A program made the position numbers and the translations under genes. A stretch of DNA of 26,436 nt, from positions 1 to 26,436 of the forward strand of contig JBHGNT010000427.1 of the NCBI GenBank assembly GCA_043228905.1. The letters are read 5' to 3'. The stretch's first letter is position 1. Every line of letters starts with the position of its first letter. This DNA is from Azolla caroliniana. Lineage: Eukaryota; Plantae; Polypodiophyta. The notes beneath the pieces were generated by a model. That model saw only the letters and a program-made list of their open reading frames with translations, had not been told where the DNA came from and ran no database searches. Positions 9,988 through 23,103 of this stretch are shown here, in pieces.

Positions 9988-10772
9988 TTAGAAGCGACGA
10001 ATACAAGCACGAGGGCGAAGATCGCACTGTTGGAGTAGGCGGGAGGCGGCGACGCCTAGAGCTCTTTCCTCGTCATCGGCCTTGAATTGGCGACGTTGTT
10101 GACGTTCGTCCTCTTGTCGTCGAGACATGCGGTGGCGGCGTTCGTCACCCTCTCGTCGCTCACGGCTGCTATCTCTCTCGCGCTCCTCGTCCTCTTCCTC
10201 CCAGCTACGGTGTTCCCTTGATTGTTGGCCATGGCGTCGGCCTTCATCATTGCGTCGTTCCTCCTCGTCAGCATACAAGGCATCACGTAGGCGATCGCAT
10301 CGATCTTCGGCGGGGATTCGTTCGACGTTCCTGCAGCACCGTTCCGAGGGTCTTGAGTATCGAGTGTTTTCGATCCATGGGGAGCGACGTCCTTGTTCAC
10401 CTTCCTCTCTTTCGGAGCGCTCTTGTAGCTCTCGGATCTGCTTGTCGATGAAATCACCGCACTCTCGCCTCAGTTCCTCGTCACGTGGCTCATCGCGACC
10501 ACGGCTACGACGTTCCCTTTCCTCTTCGGAGTCTCTCTTGTTGTCTCTGTAGCGGCGCCCCTCCTCAAGGAACCCCTCACGACGTCGCTCGCGCCTCTCG
10601 TCATCGCACTCCCCCTCTCGGCGTCGATCGCGCCTCTCCTCGTCAATGTCTCCCTCACGACGTCGATCGCGTCGCTCCTCTTCACGGTCCCGCCTACAGA
10701 CCTAGCATTGGCCGCGGTACACGCGGCGAGCATGATCACGGCCATGAGGAATACGGAAGTAAGCTTTGCCAT
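9988..10772 (-). pseudogene. Copy 7: single homopolymer deletion (probably a sequencing error)
   Basis: CGCCCTAC becomes CGCCTAC near 10693, shifting the frame after ARSVG. Confidence 0.6.
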
Positions 10773-11638
10773 TGCGATTGTCCTTATGATCCGGTGCTTG
10801 TCTCCTAATGGATTGTATTGACATTGCTCCTCCACCTTTAATATATACACATGGCCATGCAATCAGAGCACATGCATGTCACTCACCACTCCCATTACCA
10901 TAACGTGTGTGTCCTGCGTACAACTCTTGCCCAAGACCCATACCAACTAGTCCACCCTCCCACACGTCTAGGCTAGTCCTAGGTGTCGTATTGTCACCAG
11001 ACAATCTGGGCGCAACCTGTAGCGGGTACTCCTCCTCCTCGCGCGAGAGCTTGTCGAGCAACATAACATTTATACATACATAGGTAAATGTGCGCACTCG
11101 CGCGTGCGCGTAGGGGTGTGCGGGCACGTGCACATTAAACTAGAACGCGCTAGTGCCGAGACACTAAGCACGCGGAGGCTACTGCGGGACGAGTGGTGGC
11201 TCCCGAGTGTGCTACATCGATGAACGTAGATAGACCGGTGTCCGTACTCGCTCGTTCGGACGGACGAGGGGTTGGTAACGACGACGACAAGGAAAGCTAA
11301 CCGGACTACCACACTAGGAGTGTCCTATCGGGCAAGTGTGGAAGCAAGTTCACATTCGCCGCGTGTACAAGTTGACCTTAGCCTAGCCGTTGCCGTGGCG
11401 TGTGCGGTATGGGGTGTCCTGCTTTGATGTTTTTTTTTCCGTTTGGGTGGTTTGCGGTCCCTATAGGCAAATTCTATGCGTTGGTGCTCGTGTTTACGTT
11501 CGTGTGGAGGGACGTTGGTGCTCGTGTTTACGTTCGTGTGGGTGTAATGCGCGATTGGGGAGACGCACTTGTTCGTAAACACTTACGAGAAATTAGAGAG
11601 AGACCACGAGAATAATTTGAACAAGGTTTATGTACTAT

Positions 11639-12418
11639 TTAGAAGCGACGAATACAAGCACGAGGGCGAAGATCGCACTGTTGGAGTAGGCGGGAGGCGG
11701 CGACGCCTAGAGCTCTTTCCTCGTCATCGCCTTGAATTGGCGACGTTGTGACGTTCGTCCTCTTGTCGTCGAGACATGCGGTGGCGGCGTTCGTCACCCT
11801 CTCGTCGCTCACGGCTGCTATCTCTCTCGCGCTCCTCGTCCTCTTCCTCCCAGCTACGGTGTTCCCTTGATTGTTGGCCATGGCGTCGCCTTCAACATTG
11901 CGTCGTTCCTCCTCGTCAGCATACAAGGCATCACGTAGGCGATCGCATCGATCTTCGGCGGGGATTCGTTCGACGTTTCCTGCAGCACCGTTCCGAGGGT
12001 CTTGAGTATCGAGTGTTTCGATCCATGGGGAGCGACGTCCTTGTTCACCTTCCTCTCTTTCGGAGCGCTCTTGTAGCTCTCGGATCTGCTTGTCGATGAA
12101 ATCACCGCACTCTCGCCTCAGTTCCTCGTCACGTGGCTCATCGCGACCACGGCTACGACGTTCCCTTTCCTCTTCGGAGTCTCTCTTGTTGTCTCTGTAG
12201 CGGCGCCCCTCCTCAAGGAACCCCTCACGACGTCGCTCGCGCCTCTCGTCATCGCACTCCCCCTCTCGCGTCGATCGCGCCTCTCCTCGTCAATGTCTCC
12301 CTCACGACGTCGATCGCGTCGCTCCTCTTCACGGTCCCGCCTACAGACCTAGCATTGGCCGCGTACACGCGGCGAGCATGATCACGGCCATGAGGAATAC
12401 GGAAGTAAGCTTTGCCAT
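11639..12418 (-). pseudogene. Copy 8: many 1-bp indels, net -6 bp (probably sequencing errors)
   Basis: ORF is fragmented. Length is 780 bp versus 786 bp. Confidence 0.6.
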
Positions 12419-13258
12419 TGCGATTGTCCTTATGATCCCGGTGCTTGTCTCCTAATGGATTGTATTGACATTGCTCCCTCACCTTTAATATATACACATG
12501 GCCATGCAATCAGAGCACATGCATGTCACTCACCACTCCATTACCATAACGTGTGTGTCCTGCGTACAACTCTTGCCCAAGACCATACCAACTAGTCCAC
12601 CCTCCCACACGTCTAGGCTAGTCCTAGGTGTCGTATTGTCACCAGACAATCTGGGCGCAACTGTAGCGGGTACTCCTCCTCCTCGCGCGAGAGCTTGTCG
12701 AGCAACATAACATTTATACATACATAGGTAAATGTGCGCACTCGCGCGTGCGCGTAGGGGTGTGCGGGCACGTGCACATTAAACTAGAACGCGCTAGTGC
12801 CGAGACACTAAGCACGCGGAGGCTACTGCGGGACGACGATGAACGTAGATAGACCGGTGTCCGTACTCGCTCGTTCGGACGGACGAGGGGTTGGTAACGA
12901 CGACGACAAGGAAAGCTAACCGGACTACCACACTAGGAGTGTCCTATCGGGCAAGTGTGGAAGCAAGTTCACATTCGCCGCGTGTACAAGTTGACCTTAG
13001 CCTTAGCCGTTGCCGTGGCGTGTGCGGTATGGGTGTCCTGCTTTGATGTTTTTTTTTCCGTTTGGGTGGTTTGCGGTCCCTATAGGCAAATTCTATGCGT
13101 TGGTGCTCGTGTTTACGTTCGTGTTGGAGGGACGTTGGTGCTCGTGTTTACGTTCGTGTGGGTGTAATGCGCGATTGGGGAGACGCACTTGTTCGTAAAC
13201 ACTTACGAGAAATTAGAGAGAGACCACGAGAATAATTTGAACAAGGTTTATGTACTAT

Positions 13259-14044
13259 TTAGAAGCGACGAATACAAGCACGAGGGCGAAGATCGCACTG
13301 TTGGAGTAGGCGGGAGGCGGCGACGCCTAGAGCTCTTTCCTCGTCATCGGCCTTGAATTGGCGACGTTGTTGACGTTCGTCCTCTTGTCGTCGAGACATG
13401 CGGTGGCGGCGTTCGTCACCCTCTCGTCGCTCACGGCTGCTATCTCTCTCGCGCTCCTCGTCCTCTTCCTCCCAGCTACGGTGTTCCCTTGATTGTTGGC
13501 CATGGCGTCGGCCTTCATCATTGCGTCGTTCCTCCTCGTCAGCATACAAGGCATCACGTAGGCGATCGCATCGATCTTCGGCGGGGATTCGTTCGACGTT
13601 CCTGCAGCACCGTTCCGAGGGTCTTGAGTATCGAGTGTTTTCGATCCATGGGGAGCGACGTCCTTGTTCACCTTCCTCTCTTTCGGAGCGCTCTTGTAGC
13701 TCTCGGATCTGCTTGTCGATGAAATCACCGCACTCTCGCCTCAGTTCCTCGTCACGTGGCTCATCGCGACCACGGCTACGACGTTCCCTTTCCTCTTCGG
13801 AGTCTCTCTTGTTGTCTCTGTAGCGGCGCCCCTCCTCAAGGAACCCCTCACGACGTCGCTCGCGCCTCTCGTCATCGCACTCCCCCTCTCGGCGTCGATC
13901 GCGCCTCTCCTCGTCAATGTCTCCCTCACGACGTCGATCGCGTCGCTCCTCTTCACGGTCCCGCCCTACAGACCTAGCATTGGCCGCGGTACACGCGGCG
14001 AGCATGATCACGGCCATGAGGAATACGGAAGTAAGCTTTGCCAT
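13259..14044 (-). CDS. Copy 9: 2S albumin-like storage protein precursor, 261 aa, intact
   Basis: Translation identical to copy 1. Confidence 0.85.
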   Translation of the reverse strand: MAKLTSVFLMAVIMLAACTAANARSVGRDREEERRDRRREGDIDEERRDRRREGECDDERRERRREGFLEEGRRYRDNKRDSEEERERRSRGRDEPRDEELRRECGDFIDKQIRELQERSEREEGEQGRRSPWIENTRYSRPSERCCRNVERIPAEDRCDRLRDALYADEEERRNDEGRRHGQQSREHRSWEEEDEERERDSSRERREGDERRHRMSRRQEDERQQRRQFKADDEERALGVAASRLLQQCDLRPRACIRRF

Positions 14045-14913
14045 TGCGATTGTCCTTATGATCCCGGTGCTTGTCTCCTAATGGATTGTATTGACATTGC
14101 TCCCTCCACCTTTAATATATACACATGGCCATGCAATCAGAGCACATGCATGTCACTCACCACTCCCATTACCATAACGTGTGTGTCCTGCGTACAACTC
14201 TTGCCCAAGACCCATACCAACTAGTCCACCCTCCCACACGTCTAGGCTAGTCCTAGGTGTCGTATTGTCACCAGACAATCTGGGCGCAACCTGTAGCGGG
14301 TACTCCTCCTCCTCGCGCGAGAGCTTGTCGAGCAACATAACATTTATACATACATAGGTAAATGTGCGCACTCGCGCGTGCGCGTAGGGGTGTGCGGGCA
14401 CGTGCACATTAAACTAGAACGCGCTAGTGCCGAGACACTAAGCACGCGGAGGCTACTGCGGGACGAGTGGTGGCTCCCGAGTGTGCTACATCGATGAACG
14501 TAGATAGACCGGTGTCCGTACTCGCTCGTTCGGACGGACGAGGGGTTGGTAACGACGACGACAAGGAAAGCTAACCGGACTACCACACTAGGAGTGTCCT
14601 ATCGGGCAAGTGTGGAAGCAAGTTCACATTCGCCGCGTGTACAAGTTGACCTTAGCCTTAGCCGTTGCCGTGGCGTGTGCGGTATGGGTGTCCTGCTTTG
14701 ATGTTTTTTTTTCCGTTTGGGTGGTTTGCGGTCCCTATAGGCAAATTCTATGCGTTGGTGCTCGTGTTTACGTTCGTGTTGGAGGGACGTTGGTGCTCGT
14801 GTTTACGTTCGTGTGGGTGTAATGCGCGATTGGGGAGACGCACTTGTTCGTAAACACTTACGAGAAATTAGAGAGAGACCACGAGAATAATTTGAACAAG
14901 GTTTATGTACTAT

Positions 14914-15699
14914 TTAGAAGCGACGAATACAAGCACGAGGGCGAAGATCGCACTGTTGGAGTAGGCGGGAGGCGGCGACGCCTAGAGCTCTTTCCTCGTC
15001 ATCGGCCTTGAATTGGCGACGTTGTTGACGTTCGTCCTCTTGTCGTCGAGACATGCGGTGGCGGCGTTCGTCACCCTCTCGTCGCTCACGGCTGCTATCT
15101 CTCTCGCGCTCCTCGTCCTCTTCCTCCCAGCTACGGTGTTCCCTTGATTGTTGGCCATGGCGTCGGCCTTCATCATTGCGTCGTTCCTCCTCGTCAGCAT
15201 ACAAGGCATCACGTAGGCGATCGCATCGATCTTCGGCGGGGATTCGTTCGACGTTCCTGCAGCACCGTTCCGAGGGTCTTGAGTATCGAGTGTTTTCGAT
15301 CCATGGGGAGCGACGTCCTTGTTCACCTTCCTCTCTTTCGGAGCGCTCTTGTAGCTCTCGGATCTGCTTGTCGATGAAATCACCGCACTCTCGCCTCAGT
15401 TCCTCGTCACGTGGCTCATCGCGACCACGGCTACGACGTTCCCTTTCCTCTTCGGAGTCTCTCTTGTTGTCTCTGTAGCGGCGCCCCTCCTCAAGGAACC
15501 CCTCACGACGTCGCTCGCGCCTCTCGTCATCGCACTCCCCCTCTCGGCGTCGATCGCGCCTCTCCTCGTCAATGTCTCCCTCACGACGTCGATCGCGTCG
15601 CTCCTCTTCACGGTCCCGCCCTACAGACCTAGCATTGGCCGCGGTACACGCGGCGAGCATGATCACGGCCATGAGGAATACGGAAGTAAGCTTTGCCAT
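14914..15699 (-). CDS. Copy 10: 2S albumin-like storage protein precursor, 261 aa, intact
   Basis: Translation identical to copy 1. Confidence 0.85.
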   Translation of the reverse strand: MAKLTSVFLMAVIMLAACTAANARSVGRDREEERRDRRREGDIDEERRDRRREGECDDERRERRREGFLEEGRRYRDNKRDSEEERERRSRGRDEPRDEELRRECGDFIDKQIRELQERSEREEGEQGRRSPWIENTRYSRPSERCCRNVERIPAEDRCDRLRDALYADEEERRNDEGRRHGQQSREHRSWEEEDEERERDSSRERREGDERRHRMSRRQEDERQQRRQFKADDEERALGVAASRLLQQCDLRPRACIRRF

Positions 15700-16568
15700 T
15701 GCGATTGTCCTTATGATCCCGGTGCTTGTCTCCTAATGGATTGTATTGACATTGCTCCCTCCACCTTTAATATATACACATGGCCATGCAATCAGAGCAC
15801 ATGCATGTCACTCACCACTCCCATTACCATAACGTGTGTGTCCTGCGTACAACTCTTGCCCAAGACCCATACCAACTAGTCCACCCTCCCACACGTCTAG
15901 GCTAGTCCTAGGTGTCGTATTGTCACCAGACAATCTGGGCGCAACCTGTAGCGGGTACTCCTCCTCCTCGCGCGAGAGCTTGTCGAGCAACATAACATTT
16001 ATACATACATAGGTAAATGTGCGCACTCGCGCGTGCGCGTAGGGGTGTGCGGGCACGTGCACATTAAACTAGAACGCGCTAGTGCCGAGACACTAAGCAC
16101 GCGGAGGCTACTGCGGGACGAGTGGTGGCTCCCGAGTGTGCTACATCGATGAACGTAGATAGACCGGTGTCCGTACTCGCTCGTTCGGACGGACGAGGGG
16201 TTGGTAACGACGACGACAAGGAAAGCTAACCGGACTACCACACTAGGAGTGTCCTATCGGGCAAGTGTGGAAGCAAGTTCACATTCGCCGCGTGTACAAG
16301 TTGACCTTAGCCTTAGCCGTTGCCGTGGCGTGTGCGGTATGGGTGTCCTGCTTTGATGTTTTTTTTTCCGTTTGGGTGGTTTGCGGTCCCTATAGGCAAA
16401 TTCTATGCGTTGGTGCTCGTGTTTACGTTCGTGTTGGAGGGACGTTGGTGCTCGTGTTTACGTTCGTGTGGGTGTAATGCGCGATTGGGGAGACGCACTT
16501 GTTCGTAAACACTTACGAGAAATTAGAGAGAGACCACGAGAATAATTTGAACAAGGTTTATGTACTAT

Positions 16569-17314
16569 TTAGAAGCGACGAATACAAGCACGAGGGCGAA
16601 GATCGCACTGTTGGAGTAGGCGGGAGGCGGCGACGCCTAGAGCTCTTTCCTCGTCATCGGCCTTGAATTGGCGACGTTGTTGACGTTCGTCCTCTTGTCG
16701 TCGAGACATGCGGTGGCGGCGTTCGTCACCCTCTCGTCGCTCACGGCTGCTATCTCTCTCGCGCTCCTCGTCCTCTTCCTCCCAGCTACGGTGTTCCCTT
16801 GATTGTTGGCCATGGCGTCGGCCTTCATCATTGCGTCGTTCCTCCTCGTCAGCATACAAGGCATCACGTAGGCGATCGCATCGATCTTCGGCGGGGATTC
16901 GTTCGACGTTCCTGCAGCACCGTTCCGAGGGTCTTGAGTATCGAGTGTTTTCGATACTTCCTCTCTTTCGGAGCGCTCTTGTAGCTCTCGGATCTGCTTG
17001 TCGATGAAATCACCGCACTCTCGCCTCAGTTCCTCGTCACGTGGCTCATCGCGACCACGGCTACGACGTTCCCTTTCCTCTTCGGAGTCTCTCTTGTTGT
17101 CTCTGTAGCGGCGCCCCTCCTCAAGGAACCCCTCACGACGTCGCTCGCACTCCCCCTCTCGGCGTCGATCGCGCCTCTCCTCGTCAATGTCTCCCTCACG
17201 ACGTCGATCGCGTCGCTCCTCTTCACGGTCCCGCCCTACAGACCTAGCATTGGCCGCGGTACACGCGGCGAGCATGATCACGGCCATGAGGAATACGGAA
17301 GTAAGCTTTGCCAT
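16569..17314 (-). pseudogene. Copy 11: short (delta-DDERR) variant with an additional net 25-bp frameshifting deletion (possibly an artefact)
   Basis: TTCGAT[CCATGGGGAGCGACGTCCTTGTTCAC]CTTCC is replaced by TTCGATACTTCC at about 16956. The 15-bp deletion is at 17148. Confidence 0.65.
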
Positions 17315-18183
17315 TGCGATTGTCCTTATGATCCCGGTGCTTGTCTCCTAATGGATTGTATTGACATTGCTCCCTCCACCTTTAATATATACACATGGCC
17401 ATGCAATCAGAGCACATGCATGTCACTCACCACTCCCATTACCATAACGTGTGTGTCCTGCGTACAACTCTTGCCCAAGACCCATACCAACTAGTCCACC
17501 CTCCCACACGTCTAGGCTAGTCCTAGGTGTCGTATTGTCACCAGACAATCTGGGCGCAACCTGTAGCGGGTACTCCTCCTCCTCGCGCGAGAGCTTGTCG
17601 AGCAACATAACATTTATACATACATAGGTAAATGTGCGCACTCGCGCGTGCGCGTAGGGGTGTGCGGGCACGTGCACATTAAACTAGAACGCGCTAGTGC
17701 CGAGACACTAAGCACGCGGAGGCTACTGCGGGACGAGTGGTGGCTCCCGAGTGTGCTACATCGATGAACGTAGATAGACCGGTGTCCGTACTCGCTCGTT
17801 CGGACGGACGAGGGGTTGGTAACGACGACGACAAGGAAAGCTAACCGGACTACCACACTAGGAGTGTCCTATCGGGCAAGTGTGGAAGCAAGTTCACATT
17901 CGCCGCGTGTACAAGTTGACCTTAGCCTTAGCCGTTGCCGTGGCGTGTGCGGTATGGGTGTCCTGCTTTGATGTTTTCTTTTCCGTTTGGGTGGTTTGCG
18001 GTCCCTATAGGCAAATTCTATGCGTTGGTGCTCGTGTTTACGTTCGTGTTGGAGGGACGTTGGTGCTCGTGTTTACGTTCGTGTGGGTGTAATGCGCGAT
18101 TGGGGAGACGCACTTGTTCGTAAACACTTACGAGAAATTAGAGAGAGACCACGAGAATAATTTGAACAAGGTTTATGTACTAT

Positions 18184-18954
18184 TTAGAAGCGACGAATAC
18201 AAGCACGAGGGCGAAGATCGCACTGTTGGAGTAGGCGGGAGGCGGCGACGCCTAGAGCTCTTTCCTCGTCATCGGCCTTGAATTGGCGACGTTGTTGACG
18301 TTCGTCCTCTTGTCGTCGAGACATGCGGTGGCGGCGTTCGTCACCCTCTCGTCGCTCACGGCTGCTATCTCTCTCGCGCTCCTCGTCCTCTTCCTCCCAG
18401 CTACGGTGTTCCCTTGATTGTTGGCCATGGCGTCGGCCTTCATCATTGCGTCGTTCCTCCTCGTCAGCATACAAGGCATCACGTAGGCGATCGCATCGAT
18501 CTTCGGCGGGGATTCGTTCGACGTTCCTGCAGCACCGTTCCGAGGGTCTTGAGTATCGAGTGTTTTCGATCCATGGGGAGCGACGTCCTTGTTCACCTTC
18601 CTCTCTTTCGGAGCGCTCTTGTAGCTCTCGGATCTGCTTGTCGATGAAATCACCGCACTCTCGCCTCAGTTCCTCGTCACGTGGCTCATCGCGACCACGG
18701 CTACGACGTTCCCTTTCCTCTTCGGAGTCTCTCTTGTTGTCTCTGTAGCGGCGCCCCTCCTCAAGGAACCCCTCACGACGTCGCTCGCACTCCCCCTCTC
18801 GGCGTCGATCGCGCCTCTCCTCGTCAATGTCTCCCTCACGACGTCGATCGCGTCGCTCCTCTTCACGGTCCCGCCCTACAGACCTAGCATTGGCCGCGGT
18901 ACACGCGGCGAGCATGATCACGGCCATGAGGAATACGGAAGTAAGCTTTGCCAT
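18184..18954 (-). CDS. Copy 12: 256-aa variant (in-frame loss of DDERR), intact
   Basis: EGECDDERRERRREG becomes EGECERRREG; otherwise identical to copy 1. Confidence 0.85.
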   Translation of the reverse strand: MAKLTSVFLMAVIMLAACTAANARSVGRDREEERRDRRREGDIDEERRDRRREGECERRREGFLEEGRRYRDNKRDSEEERERRSRGRDEPRDEELRRECGDFIDKQIRELQERSEREEGEQGRRSPWIENTRYSRPSERCCRNVERIPAEDRCDRLRDALYADEEERRNDEGRRHGQQSREHRSWEEEDEERERDSSRERREGDERRHRMSRRQEDERQQRRQFKADDEERALGVAASRLLQQCDLRPRACIRRF

Positions 18955-19823
18955 TGCGATTGTCCTTATGATCCCGGTGCTTGTCTCCTAATGGATTGTA
19001 TTGACATTGCTCCCTCCACCTTTAATATATACACATGGCCATGCAATCAGAGCACATGCATGTCACTCACCACTCCCATTACCATAACGTGTGTGTCCTG
19101 CGTACAACTCTTGCCCAAGACCCATACCAACTAGTCCACCCTCCCACACGTCTAGGCTAGTCCTAGGTGTCGTATTGTCACCAGACAATCTGGGCGCAAC
19201 CTGTAGCGGGTACTCCTCCTCCTCGCGCGAGAGCTTGTCGAGCAACATAACATTTATACATACATAGGTAAATGTGCGCACTCGCGCGTGCGCGTAGGGG
19301 TGTGCGGGCACGTGCACATTAAACTAGAACGCGCTAGTGCCGAGACACTAAGCACGCGGAGGCTACTGCGGGACGAGTGGTGGCTCCCGAGTGTGCTACA
19401 TCGATGAACGTAGATAGACCGGTGTCCGTACTCGCTCGTTCGGACGGACGAGGGGTTGGTAACGACGACGACAAGGAAAGCTAACCGGACTACCACACTA
19501 GGAGTGTCCTATCGGGCAAGTGTGGAAGCAAGTTCACATTCGCCGCGTGTACAAGTTGACCTTAGCCTTAGCCGTTGCCGTGGCGTGTGCGGTATGGGTG
19601 TCCTGCTTTGATGTTTTCTTTTCCGTTTGGGTGGTTTGCGGTCCCTATAGGCAAATTCTATGCGTTGGTGCTCGTGTTTACGTTCGTGTTGGAGGGACGT
19701 TGGTGCTCGTGTTTACGTTCGTGTGGGTGTAATGCGCGATTGGGGAGACGCACTTGTTCGTAAACACTTACGAGAAATTAGAGAGAGACCACGAGAATAA
19801 TTTGAACAAGGTTTATGTACTAT

Positions 19824-20594
19824 TTAGAAGCGACGAATACAAGCACGAGGGCGAAGATCGCACTGTTGGAGTAGGCGGGAGGCGGCGACGCCTAGAGCTC
19901 TTTCCTCGTCATCGGCCTTGAATTGGCGACGTTGTTGACGTTCGTCCTCTTGTCGTCGAGACATGCGGTGGCGGCGTTCGTCACCCTCTCGTCGCTCACG
20001 GCTGCTATCTCTCTCGCGCTCCTCGTCCTCTTCCTCCCAGCTACGGTGTTCCCTTGATTGTTGGCCATGGCGTCGGCCTTCATCATTGCGTCGTTCCTCC
20101 TCGTCAGCATACAAGGCATCACGTAGGCGATCGCATCGATCTTCGGCGGGGATTCGTTCGACGTTCCTGCAGCACCGTTCCGAGGGTCTTGAGTATCGAG
20201 TGTTTTCGATCCATGGGGAGCGACGTCCTTGTTCACCTTCCTCTCTTTCGGAGCGCTCTTGTAGCTCTCGGATCTGCTTGTCGATGAAATCACCGCACTC
20301 TCGCCTCAGTTCCTCGTCACGTGGCTCATCGCGACCACGGCTACGACGTTCCCTTTCCTCTTCGGAGTCTCTCTTGTTGTCTCTGTAGCGGCGCCCCTCC
20401 TCAAGGAACCCCTCACGACGTCGCTCGCACTCCCCCTCTCGGCGTCGATCGCGCCTCTCCTCGTCAATGTCTCCCTCACGACGTCGATCGCGTCGCTCCT
20501 CTTCACGGTCCCGCCCTACAGACCTAGCATTGGCCGCGGTACACGCGGCGAGCATGATCACGGCCATGAGGAATACGGAAGTAAGCTTTGCCAT
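19824..20594 (-). CDS. Copy 13: 256-aa variant, intact
   Basis: Translation identical to copy 12. Confidence 0.85.
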   Translation of the reverse strand: MAKLTSVFLMAVIMLAACTAANARSVGRDREEERRDRRREGDIDEERRDRRREGECERRREGFLEEGRRYRDNKRDSEEERERRSRGRDEPRDEELRRECGDFIDKQIRELQERSEREEGEQGRRSPWIENTRYSRPSERCCRNVERIPAEDRCDRLRDALYADEEERRNDEGRRHGQQSREHRSWEEEDEERERDSSRERREGDERRHRMSRRQEDERQQRRQFKADDEERALGVAASRLLQQCDLRPRACIRRF

Positions 20595-21463
20595 TGCGAT
20601 TGTCCTTATGATCCCGGTGCTTGTCTCCTAATGGATTGTATTGACATTGCTCCCTCCACCTTTAATATATACACATGGCCATGCAATCAGAGCACATGCA
20701 TGTCACTCACCACTCCCATTACCATAACGTGTGTGTCCTGCGTACAACTCTTGCCCAAGACCCATACCAACTAGTCCACCCTCCCACACGTCTAGGCTAG
20801 TCCTAGGTGTCGTATTGTCACCAGACAATCTGGGCGCAACCTGTAGCGGGTACTCCTCCTCCTCGCGCGAGAGCTTGTCGAGCAACATAACATTTATACA
20901 TACATAGGTAAATGTGCGCACTCGCGCGTGCGCGTAGGGGTGTGCGGGCACGTGCACATTAAACTAGAACGCGCTAGTGCCGAGACACTAAGCACGCGGA
21001 GGCTACTGCGGGACGAGTGGTGGCTCCCGAGTGTGCTACATCGATGAACGTAGATAGACCGGTGTCCGTACTCGCTCGTTCGGACGGACGAGGGGTTGGT
21101 AACGACGACGACAAGGAAAGCTAACCGGACTACCACACTAGGAGTGTCCTATCGGGCAAGTGTGGAAGCAAGTTCACATTCGCCGCGTGTACAAGTTGAC
21201 CTTAGCCTTAGCCGTTGCCGTGGCGTGTGCGGTATGGGTGTCCTGCTTTGATGTTTTCTTTTCCGTTTGGGTGGTTTGCGGTCCCTATAGGCAAATTCTA
21301 TGCGTTGGTGCTCGTGTTTACGTTCGTGTTGGAGGGACGTTGGTGCTCGTGTTTACGTTCGTGTGGGTGTAATGCGCGATTGGGGAGACGCACTTGTTCG
21401 TAAACACTTACGAGAAATTAGAGAGAGACCACGAGAATAATTTGAACAAGGTTTATGTACTAT

Positions 21464-22234
21464 TTAGAAGCGACGAATACAAGCACGAGGGCGAAGATCG
21501 CACTGTTGGAGTAGGCGGGAGGCGGCGACGCCTAGAGCTCTTTCCTCGTCATCGGCCTTGAATTGGCGACGTTGTTGACGTTCGTCCTCTTGTCGTCGAG
21601 ACATGCGGTGGCGGCGTTCGTCACCCTCTCGTCGCTCACGGCTGCTATCTCTCTCGCGCTCCTCGTCCTCTTCCTCCCAGCTACGGTGTTCCCTTGATTG
21701 TTGGCCATGGCGTCGGCCTTCATCATTGCGTCGTTCCTCCTCGTCAGCATACAAGGCATCACGTAGGCGATCGCATCGATCTTCGGCGGGGATTCGTTCG
21801 ACGTTCCTGCAGCACCGTTCCGAGGGTCTTGAGTATCGAGTGTTTTCGATCCATGGGGAGCGACGTCCTTGTTCACCTTCCTCTCTTTCGGAGCGCTCTT
21901 GTAGCTCTCGGATCTGCTTGTCGATGAAATCACCGCACTCTCGCCTCAGTTCCTCGTCACGTGGCTCATCGCGACCACGGCTACGACGTTCCCTTTCCTC
22001 TTCGGAGTCTCTCTTGTTGTCTCTGTAGCGGCGCCCCTCCTCAAGGAACCCCTCACGACGTCGCTCGCACTCCCCCTCTCGGCGTCGATCGCGCCTCTCC
22101 TCGTCAATGTCTCCCTCACGACGTCGATCGCGTCGCTCCTCTTCACGGTCCCGCCCTACAGACCTAGCATTGGCCGCGGTACACGCGGCGAGCATGATCA
22201 CGGCCATGAGGAATACGGAAGTAAGCTTTGCCAT
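21464..22234 (-). CDS. Copy 14: 256-aa variant, intact
   Basis: Translation identical to copy 12. Confidence 0.85.
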   Translation of the reverse strand: MAKLTSVFLMAVIMLAACTAANARSVGRDREEERRDRRREGDIDEERRDRRREGECERRREGFLEEGRRYRDNKRDSEEERERRSRGRDEPRDEELRRECGDFIDKQIRELQERSEREEGEQGRRSPWIENTRYSRPSERCCRNVERIPAEDRCDRLRDALYADEEERRNDEGRRHGQQSREHRSWEEEDEERERDSSRERREGDERRHRMSRRQEDERQQRRQFKADDEERALGVAASRLLQQCDLRPRACIRRF

Positions 22235-23103
22235 TGCGATTGTCCTTATGATCCCGGTGCTTGTCTCCTAATGGATTGTATTGACATTGCTCCCTCCACC
22301 TTTAATATATACACATGGCCATGCAATCAGAGCACATGCATGTCACTCACCACTCCCATTACCATAACGTGTGTGTCCTGCGTACAACTCTTGCCCAAGA
22401 CCCATACCAACTAGTCCACCCTCCCACACGTCTAGGCTAGTCCTAGGTGTCGTATTGTCACCAGACAATCTGGGCGCAACCTGTAGCGGGTACTCCTCCT
22501 CCTCGCGCGAGAGCTTGTCGAGCAACATAACATTTATACATACATAGGTAAATGTGCGCACTCGCGCGTGCGCGTAGGGGTGTGCGGGCACGTGCACATT
22601 AAACTAGAACGCGCTAGTGCCGAGACACTAAGCACGCGGAGGCTACTGCGGGACGAGTGGTGGCTCCCGAGTGTGCTACATCGATGAACGTAGATAGACC
22701 GGTGTCCGTACTCGCTCGTTCGGACGGACGAGGGGTTGGTAACGACGACGACAAGGAAAGCTAACCGGACTACCACACTAGGAGTGTCCTATCGGGCAAG
22801 TGTGGAAGCAAGTTCACATTCGCCGCGTGTACAAGTTGACCTTAGCCTTAGCCGTTGCCGTGGCGTGTGCGGTATGGGTGTCCTGCTTTGATGTTTTCTT
22901 TTCCGTTTGGGTGGTTTGCGGTCCCTATAGGCAAATTCTATGCGTTGGTGCTCGTGTTTACGTTCGTGTTGGAGGGACGTTGGTGCTCGTGTTTACGTTC
23001 GTGTGGGTGTAATGCGCGATTGGGGAGACGCACTTGTTCGTAAACACTTACGAGAAATTAGAGAGAGACCACGAGAATAATTTGAACAAGGTTTATGTAC
23101 TAT

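Noticed and set aside
5026-12418. Programmed frameshifting or diversification producing chimeric proteins in copies 4-8
   Set aside because: The indels are scattered over coding and spacer DNA alike and are homopolymer-biased, so sequencing error is the simpler explanation.
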